A program made the position numbers and the translations under genes. Below the pieces are notes generated by a model. It worked only from the letters and a program-made list of their open reading frames with translations. It was not told the origin of the DNA and searched no databases. Shown here one piece after another: positions 50,778-64,000 of a stretch of 64,000 nucleotides of DNA (the first letter of the stretch is position 1; the number at the start of each line of letters is the position of its first letter). The stretch is from Pecten maximus (Eukaryota): positions 35,464,001-35,528,000 of the forward strand of contig NC_047028.1 in NCBI RefSeq assembly GCF_902652985.1. Reading direction: 5' to 3'.

Positions 50778-51710
50778 TTATATATGTAATTTTCCACTGT
50801 TTAGAAACCATACCCAGCTGTCCTGTTCTGCTGTGACCAATGGCATTGAAAGATTCTTTGTGCAAACATATGAAGATGAATGTTCTCCATTTGTATTACC
50901 TTTCTAGAGATGTGTATCGTTATCAAATATTAAATCCGTAAACCATTTGACAGAAGCAACTTCTGTAACACTCCCTGTTTTACAGTTCTTGTGTCCCCCA
51001 AAATATTGTATTTGTCCAAACAAAATAAATTTTCCTGAAATCACTTTGTTCTGCTGTTTTCCTCTGTCAAATTGAGAACATACGTAAGAAGATATTATTT
51101 TAGCTGATTTAGTTTCCTTTAATCGACATATGTATGTCACAATACGCTTTGTCACAGAATGTTCTTCATAATGAACAAAGTATTTTGTCAAAAAACAATC
51201 TTCTCCATTACAAACCACATCCGGTCCATCAATGCATACTTTGTGTAGTCGCTTTAACTCCCTCGGTTTAAGTACAAGCATGTTCCTTCTACCAGTACAG
51301 GACTGCTGTTTTTCCTTCATTACATCTAGAAGTTGATGATCAGGTTCATTACCATATGCACTAGCATCATTGGGACCTTTGGGATCTGGAATCCTTGAAG
51401 TCGCCACCATGAAGTGACACCACTCATAAATCAGAAATGTTTCAGAGTCGTTATATTCTGTAATGTGAGAGGAAAGTTGTGTTCCAAAGAAGCTAGAGCT
51501 TTGTTCAAGTTCTCTTCCATTTTATCAACATCATCTAGGTCTTGGCTTTCTTTGCATAATGCGCTGATACAGTCAAAGAAATAGAGTAATGTCTGTCTAC
51601 ATTGGTTATAATCATGAGACTTCAAGGATCCCGGTTTGCTGAAAAAATGAGAAGGCTTCAATCCAAATCCAATCGGAGGTCTAAGACTGGCTGCCCTTTG
51701 ATCTGTATAG
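50778..51710 (-). pseudogene. CACTA (Tnp2/TnpD-like) transposase C-terminal remnant
   Basis: GSLKSHDY...FFDCISALCKE...MEENLNKALASLEHNFP (DUF4218-like region) and SSYV...FGQIQYF..H...ASVKWF...LSMPLVTA...WFLN. Contains deletions, a frameshift and stops. Confidence 0.8.
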
Positions 51711-52034
51711 GACCAAGTGCAAGGCCAAAATACAACCACACTGATCTTATTGTACATGACACAGTACAACTGCCTCACCAAGGTGAACTTATAAGCATGA
51801 CACAACAAGTTCAAGTGACAAGTATTGTAGTTAAAGACTGGAAGAAAAATCCCGGACAAGATATATAATGCAAAATTCAAACGTAATCTGTACCAAGATT
51901 GTAATTCCATTCTGCTGGAACGAGTTCTCTGATTGGTTCGCTGGGCTTCATCAGCATCCCGGCTTTACATTGGTTGGAAATGATAGAGCGCCAAACGTCG
52001 CCACGAGCAGCTTCCACGAGGCATGGACGTCAAC

Positions 52035-53851
52035 ATGGCAATGAGTCAATTAAGTGAAGAAACAAAGCTAATTATCAAAGGTAAGAGCCGGTTTTTTTTT
52101 GTAAATTGTGAGATATCAAACTTCAGCATGCACTTGCCAGACCATTATATCAGTGGGTAACGGATACACTTGAATCAGCTTTCGATTCCCCTGGCGAAGT
52201 TTACCTGAAAATTTAACGACATTTTCAGTTTTAAAAAATGATAAAGACACAAAATAAATGACAGAAATGGGTGTCACGGTCCTGCTTATGTGCTTATGAC
52301 AAATGTGCTGTTAATTCGCCGGTGCGATTTACGAGCTACGTTCTCGTCAGTCTATTCACACGACGGTAATGCTTTTCATATGGTCATATGCTAGTTTAGC
52401 TGTACACCCATTCACAAATTTAGAGGAGCTCTTCAGAAAAGAAACCAAGAAATAATCATGGCTGCCGCTACTCATTTCAGTTTATGCTTCGTTACGTAAA
52501 CTTGTTATTTAACTAGGCTAGTACATGTAGTACGTATACCAATGTTATTGTAGCAGATAATCAATTTCGGGAGACTACAGCTGTTGATACCGAAGTAGCC
52601 AGCTCGCAATCCAATGATGAGGCAGACAAGTTGGATTCTAGCTCTGGATCATTGATGGACATCACTGGCACTGTCACCAGTTTAACAGCAATCTGCAACG
52701 ACTTTACAGCGGAACAACTTTTGGAGGAAACGGAAGAATTGTCAAAGTTCTTAAGTTTTTTCTCGAGTTTGATCAAAGATGCCGCAAAAGGAGCAAGCAT
52801 TTGGAAAAAATCCCCACTTCTTACTGAAATGTCGACGTCCAAGAGAGTAGCATTTCAAGAAAGTATCAAGAGAGCAGCGCCACAGCTTAATAGCATAAAG
52901 TACCAAGCCGAGGTTTGGAAAAGGCTTGGGCAATGTCTTCAAAATCGTAGGAAATATGTGAATGACATTGTCAGTGGAAAGCGGTTGCCAAGGATGTCAA
53001 GAAGTTCTACACCTAACAAGATACACAAAGGTAAGACGAGCAGCTACCTGCAGATACTGAACAGCGACGGATCCCCAGGAGAAGAGCCTATGAACGTGTT
53101 TGTCCCAGGAAGTAATATTGTGCTACTAGACCAACAAAACAGAGAAGTGGCCAAGGCTATCGTTGTTGGAAATAAGGACAAAATGTTTACGGAGGTAGTG
53201 ATACAAAACTTGCTGGTGGATGACAATGAAACAGATGAAAACTTGGAACTACCACAAGCCTGTGGTCCCTTTACAAAGCTTTGCAAAGGTGTAATTAAGA
53301 AACTAGTTATATGAAAAACAAATAGAATACAGCCAGCAATAACTGTCAATGAAAAGAAAAAAAAGAGTGATGAGAAATCACAGCCAGCAATAACGATCAA
53401 TGAAAAGAAAAAAAAGAGTGCTGAGAAATCAAACAATAAAAAGCCTCATCATGATCAGCCTGTGCATGTAAGTAATAAGCCCCACCAGCATATGTCTGCA
53501 TGTGTTGGTCAGAAGAATACAACGACATACTGTCTTGCCGTTTTTGAATGGAGCAATGGGGAGCTCTACATTGGCTATCAAAAAATACTACAAAGCCATA
53601 GTGTAATCACAAACTGCCAGATGCCATTGGCCAGAATTCATAATGGAAAACTTGTTCTTCCCAAGAAAATTGATAATTCAATGATAAAACTGAACCTGCA
53701 CGACATTCAAAAAAACCCAGATGATGATTATTGTATCTTTAGATCTGCTCACTACCAACTGGATTCTCTCTCCAACATGTTTGTGGTAGCTAATGAACAG
53801 GGTTTTTTGGAACGTTTGTGTGATGGATTTGCTGAATACATGAAGAACTAG
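52035..53851 (+). pseudogene. CACTA accessory (TnpA/Tnp1-like) gene, about 450 codons, with one nonsense codon at 53312
   Basis: Exon 52035-52080 (phase 1, gtaag) joins in frame at 52554. ORFs 52631..53314 and 53462..53851 share a frame and are separated by a single TGA (probably TGG). VLLD..REVAKA...FTEVVIQ..LVDD...LELPQ...LVI(W) resembles the Tnp1/En/Spm-like domain. Confidence 0.65.
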
Positions 53852-54252
53852 AACTTATATCAAGCTAGTCCTTGTATTTCATATATAGATCTAGGACTTA
53901 TTGCTGTTTTTTTTGCGCCCATTAATGACATTTAACGGGAGCATACAATTATGTTATGGTGTCCGTCTGTCTTATTATGCCCCGATTCGATGAAGTGGGG
54001 GTATATATAGTGTTGACTTTGTCCGTCTGTCCGATCGTCCATTCGAAAGGTTTCTAGAGCATATATATATCTCACATACTATTTCACCTACGGTTATAAT
54101 GAATCTTGGTTTAAAGGAAGATATTTGTAAGGCGCTGTGTCGCATAAACCATAACTATATAGTTGACTGTGACCTTTACTTTGTCTATAGATGCATAATG
54201 TTACTGCCTAAAAGGTTTCTGGAGCAAATCTCCTGTACTATTTTGCCTATGG

Positions 54253-56315
54253 CAGGGCTTTTTCTGAGGGTGCTTTGGGGCTGTTAATGGGCCCTATTCC
54301 CAATCATTTCATATAAGTCAAATTCCTAAAATTTGCAGTTTACTCCTGAAAAAATCTTTTCCATTCACAAATTGTCTTTTCCATTCACCAATTTTCTTCC
54401 CAAAATAAGACAACAAGAGGCCCAGGGGCCTTAACGGTCATCTGACTCTAAATTAAAACCCTTATATTATTGCAGTATGCATTCTCTGCAGCATGTATAT
54501 AGTAGCACTGTTGGCCATGGTGGTCATCTTGGATTTCTGACTGACCCAATAAATAACAACACTTGGTCTGGACCATCTAAGGATAATTTCTGGTAAGTTA
54601 GAGCTGAATCCCACCGGTGGAATTTGAGAAGAAGTTTGAAATAGGCATTGTTCAGGAAAATCATGATTGCGCAATCATGTTACAAAATGGCCGCCATGGC
54701 TGCCATGTCAAAGTTTTTACGAGGCCGAAAAAATAACAACACTATGTTGGCCCTCCTTTCATAACATCCTCACCAATTTCAAGTTCAATGGCACCAGTGG
54801 AACTGGAGAAGAAGCTTAAAATGTGTTTTTTAAGATGGCTGCCATGGCGGTCATCTTGGATTTCTGGCCGACCCGATAAATAATAACACTTGCTAAGGAC
54901 CATCTCAGGGTTATTTCTGGTAAGTTAGAGCTGAATACCACTGGGGGAATTTGAGAAGAAGTTTGAAATAGGTGTTGTTCAGGAAAACCATGATTGCGCA
55001 ATCATGTTACAAAATGGCCGCCATATTGCTGCAATGTCATAGTTTTTACGACGCCAAAAAAATAACAACACTATGTTGGCTCGCCTTCCTTGACATCCTC
55101 ACCCATTTCCAGCTCAATGGCACCAATGGAACTGGAGGAGAAGTTTAAAATGTTTTTTATAAGATGGCGGCTATGGCGGCCATCTTGGATTTCGGACCAA
55201 CCCAAAAAATAACAACACTTGGTCGGGATCATATCAGGATCATTTCAGGCAAGTTTCAGCTCAATAGCACTGGTGGAACTTGAAAAGAATATTAAAATGT
55301 GTTTTTCAAGATGGCGCCTATGGCGGCCATCTTGGAATTCGGACCGACCTGAAAAATAACAACAGTTTGTCGGGATCATCTCAGGATCATTTCTGGCAAG
55401 TTTCAGCCCAACAGCACTGGTTGAACTTGAGAAGAAGTTTAAAACGTGTTTTCAAGATGGCGGCTATGGTGGCCATCTTGGATTTCGGACTGACCCGAAA
55501 AATAACAACACTTGGTCGGGATCATATCAGGATCATTTCAGGTAAGTTTCAGCTCAATAGCACTGGCGGAACTTGAGAAGAAGTTTAAAATGTGTTTTTC
55601 AAGATGGCGGCTATGGTGGCCATCTTGGATTTCAGAGCAACCCGAAAAATAACAACACTTGGTCGGGATCATCTCCGGATCATTTCAGGCAAGTTTCAGC
55701 CCAACAGCACTAGTGGAACTTGAGAAGAAGTTTAAAATGTTTTTTCAAAATGGCGGCTATGGCGGCCATCTTGGATTTCGGACCGACCCGAAAAATAACA
55801 ACACTTGGTCAGGACCATCTCAGGATCATTCCTGGCAAGTTTCAGCTATATAGCACTGGTGGAACTGGAGAAGAAGTTTAAAATGTGTTTTTTAAAATGG
55901 CGGCTATGGCGGCCATCTTGGAATTCGGACCAACCTGAAAAATAACAACAATTGGTCGGGATCATCTCAGGATCATTTCTGGCAAGTTTCAGCCCAACAG
56001 CACTGGTGGAACTTGAGAAGAAGTTTAAAATGTGTTTTCAAAATGGCGGCCATCTTGGATTTCGGACCGACCCGAAAAATAACAACACTTGGTCAGGACC
56101 ATCTCAGGATCATTCCTGGCAAGTTTCAGCTTAATCCCACTGGTGGAACTTGAGAAGAAGATTGAAATGTGAAAAGTTTACGGACGGCGGACGGCGCACG
56201 GCGGACGGCGGACGGCAGACGACGACGGACGAAACACGATGGCTATAGGTCATCCTGACCCTTCGGGTCAGATGACCTAAAAAGGCTCCATTCCAAACTG
56301 GTGAGAAAAAGCCCT
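54253..56315. mobile_element. Short TIR element (CAGGGCTTTTTCT ... AGAAAAAGCCCT) interrupted by a HINE
   Basis: 12-bp inverted termini flank the HINE insertion. I found no convincing TSD. Confidence 0.5.
54412..56283 (+). mobile_element. Complete pearl/HINE-type non-autonomous Helentron with internal ~147-bp tandem repeats
   Basis: 5' acaagaggcccaggggccttaacggtcatctgac, core repeats with period 146-147, (cgga/cgg)n microsatellite, 3' hairpin ggtcatcctgacccttcgggtcagatgacc, A-run. Confidence 0.9.
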
Positions 56316-56331
56316 TTACGGTTTATTTGTT

Positions 56332-56780
56332 AACAAGAGGCCCAGGGGCCTTAACGGTCATCTGACTCTAAATTAAAAACCTTATATAATTGTAGTATGT
56401 ATTCTCTGTAGCAAGTATATAGTGGCGCCGTTTGCCATGGTGGCCATCTTGGATTTCTGACCGACCCAATAAATAACAACACTTGGTAAGGACCATCTCA
56501 GGATCATTTCTGGTAAGTAAGAGCTGAATCCCACTGGGGGAATTTGAGAAGAAGTTTAAAATAGGCATTGTTCAGGAAAACCATGATTGCACAATCATGT
56601 TACAAATGGCCACCATGGCTGCCAAGTCAATGATTTTACGAGGCGGAAAAATATTAACACTTTGTTGGCACTCCTTCCTTAAAATCCTCACCAATTTCCA
56701 ACTCAATGGTACCAGTGGAACTGGAGAAGAAGTTTAAAATGTTTTTTCAAGATGGTTGCCATGGTGGCCATCTTGAATTC
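56332..56780 (+). mobile_element. Second, 3'-truncated copy of the same HINE
   Basis: Near-identical to 54412-54860. Confidence 0.88.
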
Positions 56781-59610
56781 ATAACCAAATAATCAAACTG
56801 AATATATTTCAAAAATGGCGATATTCAGGGTAATGTTGATATATAATCATCACTTTTTATAATAACATGATCCAGCCATCCTTGAATGATTTGTTTTCTT
56901 TTTTCTTTCTATTGGTATAAGAAGAATAACAATACATAGTTTGAGAAATAATTTCAGTTGAACTATTTCATTATAATATTTGTCTCCATAATTGCCAATA
57001 AACAACAACACGAAAATAAATGTTGATAATTTACTCCAAACGGTGTATAATGCTAACTGCCTGAAGCATCCAAGACCAAATGTATCAGAATGTCATCAGA
57101 ACATCCATCCATTTTGTTTTTACAGCACATTCGTCTAACAACGCCTTGACAATGGAAGAAACCATCGAAGTGACCCAAAGTAAGTTTCTAAAAATATTAT
57201 TGTCTTTTTACAACAGTTGAAAAATTGTAATTATTTTTTTTTTCTTCATTTTCTTCTTTAATTTCAAATTAGTTTTGTAATGTTTTCGATCTGTTATAAT
57301 CAGTCTTCATTGCTTAAATGGCATGGTATGAGATTATGATTTTCCATACATTGTTACTTAATTTTGGTAAATACCATTTATTTTATATTTAATCAATATG
57401 TAAACAAAACAAATCTTATAGTTTGCTATTAATGTTTTTTTCATACCTATCGGCATCAAGATATATATATATACATATAGGATCATCAAAATAAACATCA
57501 GCATAGTAAATTTTGCTACTTATTTTTAATGATCATTAACATCAAAATATATATCCACAACCAAATAAAAAAACTATATTTAATGACAAAAATGGCGAGA
57601 ATCCAAATATTATTTATATATAATTATTAATTTTATTCCTCTTTATTATATCGGAAAAATATCATGTTGTAAAATTACCCATTTCATCATTTTTATTCTG
57701 TTCGTTACTAACTTGAAATTTTCAACTAATTTCCATTTAATGAAATGCAAATGATTCAATTTTCATTTGTGTTCCTAATTTCTCGATGACAATGCCATGG
57801 ACATGTTTGTGTGATGTACGAAATATAATGACATAATCCAGCTCGAATGGATCCATTTTGTTTTCTTTTTCTATTTATTATCAGAAAAAAAGACAACGAT
57901 TTTGTGAACTAACTTGAATTGAACTATAACTTTATTATAGTTTGCTACTTAATTTTCAATGAGCATTCACTGTTTTATTTTTACAGCATATTCGTTCCAA
58001 GATGCCTTGACATCGGAAGAAAACGTAACAGAGACCCAATGTAAGTTTCTACAAAAAAATATTGCCTTTTTACATGTATTGAAAAACTGCAAGTAGTTTT
58101 TATATTTTCTTTTTTTTTTTCATTCCAAAATCAGTTTTGTATTGTTTTCCATCAATTAGATGATCAATCTAAATCGCCTACATGACATCGTAGAAGGTTT
58201 GAAATTTTGGATACATTTATAGGTAATTTGGCAAGTGATACCATTCTCTTTTACACTTAATCAGTCCGGAAATCAAACAAATACTGAAAAAAAAACATTA
58301 AATATTTCTTCTAACGCCTTTGATACATATAAGCATTAATATATATATACATATATGTGGAATCATCAAAATAAACATCAGAATAGTAATTTTTGCTACT
58401 TAATCTTTGTTACCATTAACATCAAGATATACATTCATAACCAAATAATCAAACTGAATATATTTCAAAAATGTCGATATTCAGGGTAATGTTGATATAT
58501 AATCATCACTTTTTATAATAACATAATCCAGCTATCCTTGATTGATTTTGTTTTCTTTTTTCTTTCTATTGGTATAAGAAGAATGACAATATATAGTTTG
58601 AGAAATAATTTCAGTTGAACTATTACATTATAATATTTGTCTCCTTAATTGCCAATAAACAACAACACGAAAATAAATGTTGATAATTTACTCCAAACGG
58701 TGTATAATGCTAACTGCCTGAAGCATTCTAGACAAAATGTAATCATCAGAACATCCATCCATTTTGTTTTTACAGCACATTCGTCTAACAACGCCTTGAC
58801 AATGGAAGAAACCATCGAAGAGACCCAAAGTAAGTTTCTAAAAACATAATTGTCTTTTTACAACAGTTGAAAAATTGTAATTAATTTTTTTTTCTTCATT
58901 TTCTTCTTTAATTTCAAAATTAGTTTTGTAATGTTTTCGATCTGTTATAATCAGTCTTCATTGCTTAAATGGCATGGTATGAGATTTTAATTTCCATACA
59001 TTGTTACTTAATTTTGGTAAATACCATTTATTTTATATTTAATCAATATGTAAACAAAACAAATCTTAGATTTTGCTATTAATGTTTTTTTTTCATACTT
59101 ATTGACATCAAGATATATATATATATATACATATAGCATCATCAAAATAAACATCAGCATAGTAAATTTTGCTACTTATTTTAATGATCATTAACATCAA
59201 AATATATTTCCACAACCAAATAAAAAAACTATATTTAATGACAAAAATGACGATAATCCAAATATTATTTATATATAATTATTTATTTTATTCCTCTTTA
59301 TTATCTCGGGAAAATATCATTCTGTTCATTACTAACTTGAAATCTTTAACTAATTTCCAGTTAATGAAATGCAAGTGATTCAATTTTCATTTGTGTTCCT
59401 AATTTCTCGATGACAATGCCATTAACATTTCTGTATGATGTACGAAATACAATGACATAATCCAGCTCGTATTGATCAATTTTGTTTTCTTTTTCTATTC
59501 ATTATCAGAAAAAAAAGACAATGCTTTAGTGAACTAATTTGAATTGAACTATAACTTTGATAGTTTGCTACGTAATTTTCAATAAAAATGACACGAAAAT
59601 ATATATATAT
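56781..59610. repeat. ~1.65-kb tandem duplication built from ~0.8-kb subunits carrying 54-nt exon-like segments
   Basis: 56781 matches 58437. tacag|54 nt|gtaagt occurs at 57126-57179, 57987-58040 and 58776-58829. Confidence 0.85.
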
Positions 59611-59823
59611 ATATAATTTAATATAATAATTATGTTATTAACGTTTTAACATTCGTTTTGAATTCTTCAAATCTATCAGGAACTTACAGTTTCTACTAAA
59701 GAATTCCATGCATTGCCTTAATTGTTAGCCAATATTGTATAATTGGGCCTCTTGTTAAAATTGAAATAGTTATTTTTTGTAGCATGTTAGTTTTAGTATA
59801 ACCTATTTGCATTATTATTTTAG

Positions 59824-61683
59824 GATGCTGAATCCGATATGGAGAAACCAATTAAAGGAAATCATCGGCCACGGACAAACAACCGAATAAGGGACAAAAG
59901 TTCTGGTTTGAAAAAGCGACCAAGGCGCAAATGTAATCGATGCAATCTTTCGGTTATCAACCTTCCAAGACATCTGCGAACTGCGCATGACCTATCATAC
60001 TACCTCAGCATTAATGAGACTAAACAAAGTAAGGCAAATCAATGCAACCTAGCATACAAGGCATGCCCAGAGCCAGGTTGCCCAACAATGGTATTAAGAC
60101 TAGATCAACACATGGCGCTTCACAGGAAAACAACAGCAAAATCTAAGGACAATATAATTCCAAAATCCAGCAAACATCATTCTGAAATTATGAATGAATA
60201 TTACAAATGGCTAAAGGGGCCAGAGAAACAAAAAAAAGGACGACGTGGCAAACCAGCATGTACACCAAGTTCAAACAATATGGGAAAAGGTTGACCCGTC
60301 CTTCAATGTTGAGTCGCTTCTCAACCACAAATTAGTCAGGGATGTCTGGCTGGATGAATTTCGCAATGAATGCCAACCAGGCACAGTAAAAAGTTATCTT
60401 TCCTCCTACAAGGAATTTGTAAATTTCCTTCGCATGGAGAAAAACTTCGACCACGAACGCCTCGATTGAATGGAAAGGGCCATCTCAAGATGGAACACAA
60501 TAATGGCAAAACCGATCAAACAACGCGAAACTGAAAGGCAAGTAAATGACTTTGAAAATGCACTCGACCCCGCAGACCTAAACAGGTGTTTAAAATCAGA
60601 CCATGCCCTAGGGGTTCGAGACTTTATCGATTGCTATACACCTGAAAGCGGTATATCCCGTAATGAATACAACAAAATCGTGGGATATTTGATAATGGAA
60701 TTAGTTGCCAAGAATGCGCAAAGGTCGGGCGCAATAACCGGCCTGACACTGAAGCAAGTGTTGGCTGCATTAAGGAGAGAAGAACATTTCGTTATTACTG
60801 TCACTCAGCACAAAACCTCATACATCGCACCAGCTTTGCTGGTGGTGTCAAGCGCAACTTACGATATGTTAAAAACTTTTGTAGAAATCAGAAAGAAGTG
60901 TCCGTGCTTTTCATCAAAACAACAGGAATCCGCTCCATTCTTTCTGCATTGGGGGGTCGAGACCCCCCCCCCCCCCCCCCATCCAAATGTCGGTTTGACC
61001 TCCAGTCAGCTGAACTACATAATAAATAAGTTCTGGGGAAGTTGCGGCCAAAGTGGCACCATCACCACTTCACGGATACGGAAATCGACTGCAACAGCAG
61101 TGAGAAAACAGCATCCGACAAACAATCAGAATGTACAAAGCGATACTTATGTAACAGGAGAAAGAGAAAATGCAGCGGATTTAAATTCCTTCTACTGCAA
61201 CACAGACCTATCCTCCACATGGTCCATAGTACAAGGACTGAGTAATGACATGCCGGGTGTACCACAGGAAGAAACATTGGACAAGGTACCAGGTATGTAA
61301 ATGTTTTAATTAAATTTTTCAACATACCACAATACTAATCATAATCGCACCGACAACATGAATTTGTATTTCAAAAGAACACTCTTACATGTTAGCATAA
61401 TTTCAGTGTAATACAGTATTGAGATACAATATACCTCGTGATAATACCATTGTATATAAATAAAGTCATTAAAACACCGATCTTAAAGGCTATAGCTTAA
61501 GTAACCACATTGACATTAAGAAAGAATTTTAATAAATTTATATTAATTACAGTTCCATCACCACAAATGATTAATATGTTGGAGATTGTAACTGATCCAG
61601 CTACCAGAGATTGGTTAACGAGATGTTTAAACCATTTCAAAAAGTCAACATGTCACCATTCCAACATGGATAACTGCTTTGAA
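59824..61683 (+). pseudogene. CryptonV-like tyrosine recombinase with N-terminal C2H2-like fingers, disrupted
   Basis: CxxC...LPRHLRTAH and CPEPGC...LDQHMALH fingers; PGTVKSYLSSYKEFVNFL; NAQRSGAI (catalytic R), HKT (K), FF..W, SRIRKS. Frameshift near 60235, stop at 60467. The final H/Y region appears partly deleted. In-frame downstream exon at 61553-61683. Confidence 0.82.
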
Positions 61684-62029
61684 GTAAGTACCTGGGCATG
61701 ACATTCTCAGTTAAAATTGTACTCTCAAACTGTGTCTTGCATTTAAAGCCTAAACTACAAATCCAAAACTTACTTAGGATTATATGCTGTATACAAAATG
61801 TATGTCAGAGTGATGTATTAATATGTGTATCAAGTCATAGTTGTTATTTTCCATGTAATTCTAACTTTAATTTTGTTACTCTCTCAGTCTGTTATTGGTG
61901 CAGAGAGTTGAAACTAACTTGAAACTTTGAACATACCTGGTATTATAAAATTATGAAAAGATCTTGATTCCTCTCAAAGTATTATAATGATTATCATTAT
62001 TTCAGAAAAGTTGTTTAGCTTCACATTGA

Positions 62030-64000
62030 CATAAGACTAGATATTGCCATCATAAGACTGGATATTACCATCATAAGACTTGATATTGCCATCATAAGAA
62101 TGGATATTAGCATCATAAGACTAGATATTGCCATCATAAGACTGGATATTACCATCATAAGACTGGATATTGCCATCACAAGACTGGATATTACCATCAT
62201 AAGACTGAATATTACCATCATAAGACTGGATATTGCCATCATAAGAATGGATATTACCAACATAAGACTTGATATTGCAATCATAAGACTGGATATTGCC
62301 ATCATAAGACTGGATATTACCATCATAAGACTGGATATTGCAATCATAAGACTGAATATTACCATCATAAGACTGGATATTGCAATCATAAGACTGAATA
62401 TTACCATCATAAGACTGGATATTGCAATCATAAGACTGAATATTACCATCGTAAGACTGGATATTACCATCATAAGACTGGATATTACCATCATAAGACT
62501 AGATATTGCAATCATAAGACTGAATATTACCATCATAAGACTGGATATTGCCACCATAAGACTGGATATTGCTATCATAACACTGGATATTGCCATCATA
62601 AGAATGGATATTACCAACATAAGACTTGATATTGCAATCATAAGACTTGATATTGCCATCATAAGACTGGATATTACCATCATAACACTGGATATTGCCA
62701 ACATAAGACTGGATATTGCCATCATAAGACTTGATATTGCCATCATAAGAATGGATATTACCAACATAAGACTGGATATTGCAATCATAAGACTGGATAT
62801 TACCATCATAAGACTGGATATTGCCATCATAAGAATGGATATTGCCAACATAAGACGGGATATTGCCATCACAAGACTGGATATTGCCATCATAAGACTT
62901 GATATTGTCATCATAAGAATGGATATTACCAACATAAGACTGGATATTGCCATCACAAGACTTGATATTGCAATCATAAGACTGGATATCACCATCATAA
63001 GACTTGATATTGCCATCATAAGAATGGATATTGCCAACATAAGACTGGATATTACCATCATAAGACTAGATATTGCCATCATAAGACTGGATATCACCAT
63101 CATAAGACTGGATATTGCCAACATAACACTAGATATTACCATCATAAGACTGGATATTACCATCATAAGACTAGATATTGCAATCATAAGACTGGATATT
63201 ACCATCATAAGACTGGATATTGCCACCATAAGACTGGATATTGCTATCATAACACTGGATATTGCCATCATAAGAATGGATATTACCAACATAAGACTGG
63301 ATATTGCAATCATAAGACTGGATATTACCATCATAAGACTGGATATTACCATCATAAGACTGGATATTACCATCATAAGACTAGATATTGCCATCATAAG
63401 ACTGGATATTACCATCATAAGACTTGATATTGCCATCATAAGACTGGATATTGCCATCATAAGACTGGATATTGCCATCACAAGACTGGATATTGCAATC
63501 ATAAGACTTGATATTGCCATCATAAGATGGATATTACCAACATAAGACTTGATATTGCAATCATAAGACTGGATATTGCAATCATAAGACTGGATATTAC
63601 CATCATAAGACTAGATATTGCCATCATAAGACTGGATATCACCATCATAAGACTTGATATTGCCATCATAAGACTGGATATCACCATCATAAGACTTGAT
63701 ATTGCCATCATAAGAATGGATATTACCATCATAAGACTTGATATTGCCATCATAAGACTGGATATCACCAACATAAGACTTGATATTGCCATCATAAGAA
63801 TGGATATCACCATCATAAGACTTGATATTGCCATCATAAGAATGGATATCACCATCATAAGACTTGATATTGCCATCATAAGAATGGATATTACCATCAT
63901 AAGACTAGATATTGCCATCATAAGACTGGATATTACCATCATAAGACTGGATATTGCCAACATAACAATGGATATTACCATCATAAGACTTGATATTGCC
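62030..64000. repeat. 21-bp minisatellite (ataagactggatattgccatc)n, more than 90 units, running off the window
   Basis: Direct periodicity; it produces the heptad pseudo-ORFs on both strands. Confidence 0.98.

Larger units (their letters stand above)
50042..53860. mobile_element. Decayed CACTA/EnSpm element (one terminus, transposase remnant, TnpA-like gene)
   Basis: Terminus CACTTCTGGAAATCCCATGAAA, followed by many ttcatggccatgaa subterminal repeats (50050-50430) and two CACTA-type coding regions. The other end was not found. Confidence 0.72.

Noticed and set aside
55280-56134. Repeated short ORFs (MVGIISGSF...)
   Set aside because: By-products of the 147-bp HINE core repeats.
62021-63984. 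500-, 481- and 154-aa ORFs as real proteins
   Set aside because: They are translations of a 21-bp minisatellite, open on both strands, with no unique coding flanks.

Overview
AT-rich, intron-containing animal genomic DNA. The tRNA-head SINEs, pearl/HINE-type elements, Crypton and CACTA relics point to a mollusc, probably a bivalve (inference). Left half (1-34.6 kb): a tandem duplication with an offset of about 18.4 kb. Each unit carries an apparently intact 5-exon, minus-strand type-C LGR (GRL101/RXFP-like GPCR, 961 aa by my exon model: signal peptide, RQKR site, Cys-rich exon, LDLa, about 15-16 LRRs, 7TM), plus all or part of a decayed plus-strand multi-exon gene. The copies are about 98-99% identical over the 3' ~8.8 kb and clearly more diverged upstream, where copy-specific TE insertions have clean empty sites in the other copy. 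Right half (34.6-64 kb): nested, decayed transposon material. It includes a chromodomain pseudogene, a multi-exon BEN-domain gene ending next to an EnSpm-like terminus, a Gypsy integrase fragment, a CACTA element with head-to-head transposase and TnpA-like genes, HINEs, a CryptonV-like tyrosine-recombinase pseudogene and several minisatellites. The most unusual observation is a 2.3-kb satellite whose unit is exactly one 67-nt coding exon of the BEN gene, bounded by the original splice acceptor and a donor. All gene models were read by eye from splice signals and phases; no searches were run.
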